Part shown: piece after piece, positions 55,250 to 64,000 of the stretch
Numbering within the stretch: position 1 is the first letter of the stretch
How the letters are laid out: each line of letters begins with the position of its first letter
DNA from: the human T2T-CHM13v2.0 reference genome, Homo sapiens
Assembly (NCBI GenBank): GCA_009914755.4
Contig: CP068257.2
Location: 43,840,001 to 43,904,000, forward strand
Direction of reading: 5' to 3'
DNA: 64,000 nucleotides
Notes under the pieces: model-generated
Database searches by the model: none
What the model saw: the letters and a program-made list of their open reading frames with translations, nothing else
What the model was told of the DNA's origin: nothing
Position numbers and translations under genes: made by a program

Positions 55250-55850
55250 GCAGGCCCTGGAGTTGAGTGGCAGCTGGGCAGAGCAGGCCCTGGAGGTGAG
55301 TAGCAGCTGGGTATGCCCGGGAGGGCCCTGGAGGTGAGTGGCAATTGGGGGGGAGGGGGGCCTGGAGGCGGGGCAGGCCCTGGAGGTGAATAGCAGCTGG
55401 GTATGCCCGGGCAGGCCCTGGAGGTGAGTGGCAGCGGGCAGGGTGGGCCCAGGAGGTGAGAGGCAGCCAGGCAGGGCAGGCCCTGGAGGTGAGTGGCAGC
55501 AGGTTAGGACGGGCCCTGGAGGTGAGTGGCAGCGGGCAGGGTGGGCCCTGGAGGTGAGTGGCAGCCAGGCAGGGCGGGCCCTGGAGGTGAGTGGCAGTCA
55601 GTTACTGCGGGCCCTGGAGGTGAGTGGCAGCCGGGCAGGGCGGGCCCTGGAGGTGAGTGGCAGCCAGTTACTGCGGGCCCTGGAGGTGAGTGGCAGCCGG
55701 GCAGGGCGGGCCCTGGAGGTGAGTGGCAGCCAGTTACTGCGGGCCCTGGAGGTGAGTGGCAGCAGGGCAGGGTGGGCCCTGGAGGTGAGTGGCAGCCAGG
55801 CAGGGCGGGCCCTGGAGGTGAGCGGTGGCATGAACATGTCCAGGAATGAA
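55250..55850. repeat. 33-bp VNTR, about 18 copies (GGCCCTGGAGGTGAGTGGCAGCCGGGCAGGGCG alternating with ...CCAGTTACTGCG)
   Basis: GCCCTGG at 55254 and 55287 onward. Every unit carries CTGGAG|GTGAGT. Confidence 0.9.
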
Positions 55851-57539
55851 GGCACCACATTCCTGACATGGAGAGGTGACACGCCAGGCTTCTGGTGCTC
55901 TGCAAAGAAACTAGTCTTCCGATGCAGTTCCAATTAAAATCTGCAAAGTGCTTAAAAAAAAAAAAAAAAAGAACTGGACAAAAAATGTCCTAAAGTTCAC
56001 CTGAAGAAAAAATAAACAAAAATGCCCAGGAACCCTTTGGAGAAGGGCAGAGGTGTCTGTGCTGCTGGGCACTGGAGACGGGGGGACAGTGGGGACAGTG
56101 GAGGCTCGGGGGCAGGCAGGCGGGCGGGCAGCAGGGAGGACGAGAGAAGCACACAGAGGTCCCGGTGAGCAGGTCAGTGGGATGAAGGGCAGACGAACAA
56201 CAGGGAGAACTGAGCACAAACACGAGCTTCTGGATGCCAGCGCTGGGCAGGGCAGAGCCCAGGCCAGCCCCCAGGGTGCTTCCAAGGACACTCAGAAACA
56301 CTGTGAGTTGAATTAAAGGCAGACGAGTGTGGGGCGTGATGGGGGCACAGGTGATTGAAAATACATGATACAGATGAATGCTCCCCAGATCAGCAGGGAG
56401 GAAAGCGAGTCCCAACAGAGTCAGGAGACACACAGGGGCCACTCAGTCCACAGCAGGCCGGCCGGCCTCACTCTGGTTAAGGAAAGGCTGGGAGCCCAGC
56501 CGGCCCGTCAGGGGCTCAGGGAGGGTGGGGAGGCCACTCCACCATCCTGACGGGGAGGAAGCCCGCATGCCGGCCTGCAGGATACCTGCAATATTGACAG
56601 AAACCTGCTTTCAAAAGCACGTACTCTCCAACCTGGCCATTCCCCTTCCAGGAATCCACCTGAGAGTCATTATTAGAATTTGGAAACAAAAATGTAGGTA
56701 GAAGGGCATTCATCTCAGTGTTTTCCTCGTGTAAGAAAAATGGAAATGGTGACTTTACCCATAGACTGGGGATGGGTTGTAAGGCCCACCACTCATGACC
56801 GGGAGTGACCACCTGCATCTGTGAGTGACCATCTGCATCTGTGTCTGGCATCAACCCAACACAGACAAGCAGAAAATGCTGGGATTCCCCGTAGCAAACA
56901 GCAGTTTTCTGCTTTGCACGCTGCTGCACCGTGTTGGATTTTTTTGCGATGGGCATCAATGACTTTATAACTAAAACCTTTCAGGCGTTGTCCCCCTGGC
57001 TGCAGCAATGGGACAGCACAATGGCAGAGGCCCTGGCCCTTTCCACAGTGCTGGCAGGTCAGTGGGGGGGCCCAAGCAAGATCACGCTGGGCCTTCACGA
57101 GCCAGGGACGGCAAGAGCCCAGTGTGGGCCTCGGGGAGCCTGGAGAAGGCGGCCACACAGGAGCAGAAGGGGCCCCGAGTATGGCAGGGGCGGGAGAGAA
57201 GGGTGGGCCGGGCTGCCCATGCCGGGAGACTGCTGCCTGCATGTGGGGAGGATGGGGAAGTACAGGGCCGGGCACATCCAGGCAGGATGCTGCAGGGGTG
57301 AGGCCACCGACACAGAGGGCCCAATGCAAGGGTCAGGAGGGTGCTCTCAGCTCAAACAGGCTCGTGACCAGCATAAGGCCCAGGGGGATGACCCACGGAG
57401 GGAGGGAGATAGGGCTCGGAGGCCACCCTGGAGGGGAAGCCCAGGAAGGGGAACTGAGCTGGGGCCAAAGTCCTCCCAGCGGGCAGGAAAGAGGGGGCAG
57501 GTCCAGGGAGCAGGACCCTGTGAGCACACAGGGTCAGTG

Positions 57540-58440
57540 TCTGAGTGTGTCAGTGTGTGTGGTCTGAGTATGTGGTGGGAGTGTGTCAATGTGTGGGTGT
57601 CTCCATGTGTGAGCGTGTGTCCATGTGTGAACGTGTGTGTCCATGTGTAAACGTGTGGTGTGTCCATGTGTGAACGTGTGGTGTGTGTCCATGTGTGAGC
57701 ATGTGTTGTGTGTCCGTGTGGTGTGTGTCCATCTGAGCGTGTAGCATGTCTATGTGTGCTGTGTCCATGTGTAAGCATATGGTGTGTTCATGTGAGTGTG
57801 GTGTATCCATCTGTGAGTGTGTGGTGTGTCCATGTGAGTGTGTGGTGTGTCTGTGTGGTGTGTGTCCATGTGTAAGCATATGGTGCATTCATGTGAGTGT
57901 GGTGGGTGTCTGTGAACATGTGGTGTGTCCCTGTGAGTGTGTGTGTGTCCGTGTGTAGTGTGTGTCCATGGGTAAGCATGTAGTGTGTTCATGTGAGTGT
58001 GGTGGGTGTCCGTGTGTGTGGTGTGTGTCCATGTGTAAGTATGTGATGCATTCATGTGAGTGTAGTGGGTGTCCATCTGTGAGCATGTGGTGTGTGTTCG
58101 TGTGTGGTGTGTCTGTGTGGTGTATCCATCTGTGAGCGTGTGGTGTGTTCATGTGAGTGTGCATTGTGTGTCCGTGTGTGTGTGGTGCGTCCATGTGTAG
58201 TGGGTGTCCATGTGTGATATATCCATGTGTGAACATGGTGTGTGTCCGTGTGTGTGGTGTGTTCATGTGCGATATATCCATGTGTGAGTGTGGTGTGTTT
58301 GTCCATGTGTGCACGTGTGGTATGTGTTCATGAGTGTGTGGTGAGTGTCCATCTGTGCGCATGTGGTGTGTGTTCATGAGTGTGTGTGTGTCCATGTGTG
58401 AGCGTGTGGTGTGTGTGTGGTGTGAGTGCCTGGTGTGAGT
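57540..58440. repeat. GT-rich minisatellite (GTGTGTCCATGTGTGAGCGTGTGGT-like units)
   Basis: Direct inspection. Source of His/Thr-rich antisense ORFs. Confidence 0.85.
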
Positions 58441-58787
58441 GTAAGCTGAGGATGAACTCACACAGGTGCAAGCTCCCGCTCCTGCCTGGATGGGGTCTCA
58501 GCAGCCCGGGGCCTAGAGGGTGGGGTTGGGAGCAGGGCAAGGCTGTGAGCCCAGCAGGCTTCAGAGAGGAGCGTGGAGGGCCTGGGGGAGCAGCAAGACG
58601 GCACAGGAAGGGACGCCCGAGGTCCCAGGGAGAGGCAAGTGGGGACCCTGGTCAGCTCCAGGTGGCTGGCGGGGCCAGCAGTGGCACAGCCGCTGGGGCG
58701 CAGCAGGAAGGTGGGAGCACCCAGCGAAGCGCGGGGCTTGATCCTGGCGCCTGCCCGCCCCCGGCTTCCCACCCTTCTGGAACTCAC

Positions 58788-58989
58788 GTGGCGATGGGCA
58801 CGAGGAACTGGTAGGAGCCGCGGAACAGCACGAAGGCCGCATAGCACAGCCAGATGCTGCTCGGGTGGCGCGTGTGCGCCAGAAGGAAGACCAGCCCCGC
58901 CTGCGTGGCCGTGACGCCCGCGATGAGCAGCTTGGACCAGCGCGCCCAGCGGATCTTCACGAAGCCCGCGGCGAAGGACGTGATGGCGC
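58788..58989 (-). CDS. SLC19A1: SLC19A1 coding exon (202 bp; (G)AITSFAAGFVKIRWARWSKLLIAGVTATQAGLVFLLAHTRHPSSIWLCYAAFVLFRGSYQFLVPIA(T))
   Basis: Minus-strand acceptor cctctcag|GCGCCATCACG and donor ATCGCCAC|gtgagtt. Confidence 0.9.
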
Positions 58990-59029
58990 CTGAGAGGGGA
59001 GGGATGGGGCGTTGCAGCGGCCCTGGGGG

Positions 59030-59600
59030 GCCACGGGGCAGGGGGAGGTAGCGGGAGCTTCTGAGGAAAGGTATCCACGGGGCAGGGGGCGGGGACGGGG
59101 AGCCTCCGGGGAAGGATCCACGGGGCAGGGGGAGGTGGCAGGGAGCCTCCGGGGGAAGGATCCACGGGGCAGGGGGCGGGGAGGGGGAGCCTCCGGGGGA
59201 AGGATCCACGGGGCAGGGGGAGGTGGCGGGGAGCCTCCGGGGGAAGGATCCACGGGGCAGGGGGAGGTGGCGGGGAGCCTCCGGGGGAAGGATCCACGGG
59301 GCAGGGGGAGGTGGCGGGGAGCCTCCTGGGGAAGGATCCACGGGGCAGGGGGAGGTGGCGGGGAGCCTCCGGGGGAAGGATCCACGGGGCAGGGGGAGGT
59401 GGCGGGGAGCCTCCGGGGGAAGGATCCACGGGGCAGGGGGAGGTGGCGGGGAGCCTCCGGGGGAAGGATCCACGGGGCAGGGGGAGGTGGCGGAGAGCCT
59501 CTGGGGGAAGGTATCCATGGGGCAGGGGGCGGGAGAGGGAGCCTCCGGGGGAAGGATCCACGGGGCAGGCGGAGGTGGACGGGAAGCCTCTGCGGGAAGA
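59030..59600. repeat. 44-bp G-rich tandem repeat, about 13 copies (unit GGATCCACGGGGCAGGGGGAGGTGGCGGGGAGCCTCCGGGGGAA); fills SLC19A1 intron 3
   Basis: GGATCC recurs at 59202, 59246 and onward with 44-nt spacing. Intron 3 (58990-59626, 637 bp) is almost entirely this array. Confidence 0.9.
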
Positions 59601-59626
59601 AGCCTCGGGGACCAGGGCATGCGTAC

Positions 59627-60386
59627 CCAGCAGCGTGGAGGCAGCATCTGCCGCGCCGTTGTAGACCCGCGCACTGTTGGTGGTGGGGTCCACCTCGTTC
59701 CACAGGATGTGCACGTAGTAGACCACCAGGTAGTAGCCGGCCGAGTTGAAGACCCACCAGAGGGACCACAGGCGCAGCTGCGGCCGCCGCAGGCTGTCCC
59801 CCAGCTCCCGCAGCATCCGCGCCAGCACTGAGTCCCCACAGGCCACCCGCAGGGCGTGTCCCAGCTTCCCGCCTGGGCCGGGATTCATGCGCTCCAGCTC
59901 CGAAGCCGAGGTTTCGCACCGCCCCCGGTCGTCGCGGTTGAAGAAGAGGCTGCGCTTGGGGCGCTTCAGGAAGAGGGCGAGGACCACGCTGAAGGTGAGG
60001 AAGGCCAGCGAGATGTAGTTGAGCGTGGAGAAGGAGACTCGGCCCACAGTGACCAGCAGCTGGCCCAGCACGGAGCTGGTGAACACGCCCAGCAGCACCG
60101 CAGCGCGCGAGTAGCCGGCCACACGCTGGTAGCGCGCGGGCCGCACGAGAGAGAAGATGTAGGAGGAATAGGCGATGCGCGCGGCCATGGTGACGCTGTA
60201 GAAGAGCTCCATGAGCTGCATGTGCGCCACCGAGTGGCCCAGCAGCAGCAGCAGCCACACCGACACGAAGCTGAGCCCCTGCAGCAGCAGCACCGGCGTG
60301 TAGCGCAGGTAGTCGGTGAGCAGGAACACGGGCACCAGCACGGCCAGGTAGGAGTACGACAGCACCGGCGTGATCTCGTTCGTGAC
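59627..60386 (-). CDS. SLC19A1: SLC19A1 large internal coding exon (760 bp; VTNEITPVLSYSYLAVLVPVFLLTDYLRYTPVLLLQGLSFVSVWLLLLLGHSVAHMQLMELFYSVTMAARIAYSSYIF...VYNGAADAASTLLG)
   Basis: Minus-strand acceptor cctgtccgcag|GTCACGAACGAG and donor CTGCTGG|gtacgcatgc. Hydrophobic transmembrane segments match recalled RFC1. The ATG exon (MVPSSPAVEK...) is not in the window. Confidence 0.9.
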
Positions 60387-60423
60387 CTGCGGACAGGCGG
60401 GCGTGCGCCCCACCAGGCGTTAG

Positions 60424-61017
<594 letters not shown>

Positions 61018-64000
61018 TAAACAATATGGAAAACACAGCTGTAACCCATACACATTCACACCAGCACAAGCTCCTTCCATCCTTCCTGGAGAGAGACAAA
61101 AACAGAAGACACAGAAAGGAAGGGCAGGATCAGGGACAGCAGGTTCGTGGGAGGGACTGTTCGTGGGGGAACCCGGCAGGGGAAGAAAGACAGGAAGGGG
61201 AAGAAGGGGAAAGAGAGGAAGTGGGGTAGGGCAGAGGGCCCTGGGCTGCACACTCCCATCTCACACTTGTCCCCAGAGCAAGGTCTTTAAGGCCAGACTC
61301 CAACCCAGGAGCAGGGAGGGGGGCAAACGCCCCTGTAGCCGCCCTGCACCCTCCCAGGAGGGGGAGCACAGGCTGTCAGCCTGCCCACCCCCACCTCCTC
61401 CATCACATGTTATGTGGGAACCCAGCTCCACAGCCTTGGCCACTGAGCTGCTGGTGGACACTCCAGGCCTGGCTTCCATGCCTGTGGCCTCAACACACAT
61501 CCACCTTCCATGGGAACGTGGGCATGGGGCTGGGGGTGCTACCTCCTACAGGACAAGGTCAGAGGACACTGCCCCAGACTACTACAGGCAGGCACCAAAC
61601 GTCCTCAGTTGTCTTGGCAGGGGCCAGGGCTGCTGTGGGCACACCTGGGCACACCTGGGCACAGTCCAGAGGAAGAGGCCCCACCCCTGTGAGGCCAAGC
61701 CGCTTGCCTTGCCCCTCCCTGGGGACTGATGTGGGAGCCACCCTATGCTTGGAGCCTCCCCTGGGGCCCAGGTGCATTTTCAGCAGGTGGCCCCGCCCAC
61801 AGGCCCCACCAGACCCCACCTCAGATCCACTGGAGGTTGGTACCAGATGAGCCAGCAGGGCCCTGCTGGACTCTGGGCCTCCAGCAGGCCCCACCCGACT
61901 CAGGCCTGACCACCAGTAACCCCACAGCCCCACTCGTGCTGCCCCAGGTGACCTCAGCCCCTGCCAGCCACACTTGGCAGGACCAAACCCTGGGTCAGCA
62001 CGTGGGGTGCTGCGCCGAGCCACGCCGCCTCCCCGGGGGCTCTCAGCCTCGTGTCTGGCACACCCAAGATGTGTGGCCCGATGTGCTCAGAGCCCGGCCA
62101 CCGGCTACTGTGAACAGCTGGGCAATAGGACCCTGCAGCCAGGCCGGCATGCTGAGAAGCTTCCCAGGGGCTCAGGGGAAGGCTGCCCAGAGACCCCACC
62201 TCAGGGCACCCTGAGGTCGCACCCTGGAGCCTGCACCCTCATGGAGGCCAGGCTGACCCAAAGGCTGTGGTCCCAGCAGCACCAGGCACCCAAGGTCCCT
62301 CCGGCACTCCGTCCTGCTCAGGACATTCCGGGACACTCTGAGGGCAGGTTATGTGCCAGGAGGCTGAGTGAGCCCGCCGGGTCACAGAGAGCCTCAGGGC
62401 CAGCCATCGGCTTCTGCACTGTGTTTACAGCAATGTCCTGGGGACATCAAACAGCCCCTCTGTGGGCAAGCTCTCCTGGCTGATGGCCTGCTCGACTGGG
62501 GGAGGCTCCTCCTCAGGGCCAGCCCAGGGAACCCCTGCAGATTCCGAAAGAAGCGGCTCAGAGGCAGGGGTCCTCCTAGGACCTCAGGGACCCCCGACCC
62601 CCAGACACAGGAGGCTGCGTGGGGGCATGACAGCCCCAGCCCCTGGCCGGGGCACAGGTCCTGCCCACAGCCCAGAGTCAAAATGGTAGACAGCCAGCAG
62701 AGAGGCTCTCCCCAGACCCCACGGCTCTCTGGAAAAGGGCGGCCAGGGGTCCTAGAAGCCTCACCCACCTCCGAATGAATGGAGCATGCCTCATTTCCTC
62801 TTCCACCAGGAGCTGGCTCTGCAGGCTGGGGCCTCATCAGGCACCTCCTGGTCTTAGTTGAGGGTCTGAGCGCAGAGCTCCCCCTTGGCAGCCACCCAGA
62901 GCCCTCCCGCTCCTCTCCCTGCACCTCCTCAACGGCCCCTACTCCCTCTTCCTCAGCCTTGGCAGGCAGACAGCAGGGAGGCTCTGCCCAGAGCTGTGAC
63001 CTGCGTCCCACTTACAAGGCTGCTGGGGGAGGGGCCCTCACAACGGTCCCAGCAGGGAGGTGGCATCTGTCAGGCGGCCACGACTCTGACACGAGGACAG
63101 CCTCCTGCTGCCTGAGCCCAGCGTCGGCCCTGCTCTCCACAGGTCTTGGTTGGGGTCCAGGCTGAATGGGCAGAGTGCAGGCAGCTGCGCCCAAATCTAC
63201 GTCCAGACGGCCTCAGGGCGGCTTCTCTGAACAGGGAGGCGGGAAGGTGGGCAAGGCCCGAAGGCAGGCAGGACGCGAGGGCAGGGCCAGGCGTGGGGCA
63301 GCAGGACTGGATGCCACAGAAGGGCACCCAACAGGGGCTGGCTGGGGACGGGGCATGGGCCGCAGGTCAGGAGGGACTGCTGTGCACAGGGTCCTGGGCC
63401 GGGGGGTCTCCCTGGAGGAGGGCGGGGGCTGCAGCTCCCACCACACAGCACAGTTCCAGCGGGGGCCCAGGCAACCTCAGTGCACCCAGGAGCACCTCAC
63501 GGACTCGGCCGGGGAAAGCGCTCTCAGCTGACACTCAAAGCAGAAACCCTGGAGGGAAATTTGGCCAAATTCAAAATGACTCCAGAGAAACACCGTATGT
63601 AACACACAACCAGTCCAATCCCAAGGGCACGGGGTCCCCAGGAGGCAGAAAAGGGAACCAGGTCCGAGGAGGACAGCAACCACAGGGCTGCCAGGAAACA
63701 CTGGCCCACGGCGGGAGAAATGGCGGCAGAGCAAATGTGAGCAAAGGAAACCACGCTCCTCACAGCGGCCAGACGGCCGGCGCTCAGCAGCCCACCCGAG
63801 CTGGTGAGGGGAACGTGGGCAGCCCGTGGCAGGCTGCAGAGGAAGCAGCATTCGCCCCAGGAGTGAACTGGAAGTGCCAGCCCGGGCCAGCTGGGTCAAG
63901 GCCCACTGCCTGAGGCTGCCGGCTCGTGCTCTACCTGCAGCCATCACCTGCAGTGGGAGAAGCCGGAATCCCCTAATCACCTCCAGCAAAGCAGCAGATA

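Noticed and set aside
58458-60413. 651-aa minus-strand ORF appearing to extend SLC19A1 through Pro-rich repeats
   Set aside because: Only 59627-60386 is exon. The ORF continues because the 44-bp intronic VNTR is stop-free. The real transcript uses the CTGCTGG|gtacgc donor and rejoins at 58989 in a different frame.

Overview
This window is human nuclear DNA from distal chromosome 21q22.3. It contains no prokaryotic system, no CRISPR array, no operons and no RNA genes.

On the + strand is the 3' two-thirds of COL18A1 (collagen XVIII). I resolve 38 coding exons, reported with window numbers w1-w38. They cover the entire interrupted Gly-X-Y collagenous region of roughly 690 aa, the NC1 trimerisation and hinge segments, and the three endostatin exons ending at TASK* (stop at 40507-40509). 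The 3'UTR carries candidate poly(A) signals at 40656 and 41808. Every exon has a canonical AG/GT boundary, and the phases join into one uninterrupted reading frame.

Converging tail-to-tail on the - strand is the 3' part of SLC19A1 (reduced folate carrier). Its last four coding exons are at 59627-60386, 58788-58989, 53929-54070 and 43770-44250, and the stop codon is about 1.9 kb from the COL18A1 poly(A) region. The ATG-containing SLC19A1 exon lies beyond the window.

Gene identification rests on recalled protein sequence (endostatin; RFC1 transmembrane segments) plus splice-site logic. No database search was possible.

The introns are packed with subtelomere-style minisatellites (19, 33, 38, 43, 44, 50, 61 and 69-bp units, and a 3.1-kb TG-rich array), Alus, and an old L1 carrying nested insertions. 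Many long ORFs in the six-frame track are translations of these repeats and are not genes.

The most notable points are:
- the endostatin codon-104 Asn allele (D104N; recalled reference is GAC/Asp);
- a 44-bp G-rich VNTR that fills SLC19A1 intron 3 and is stop-free in all frames;
- a 303-bp higher-order repeat of 38-bp units;
- a CAGCAG tandem acceptor at the NC1 exon;
- the convergent arrangement of the two 3'UTRs.

I found no evidence of a novel or undescribed biological system.
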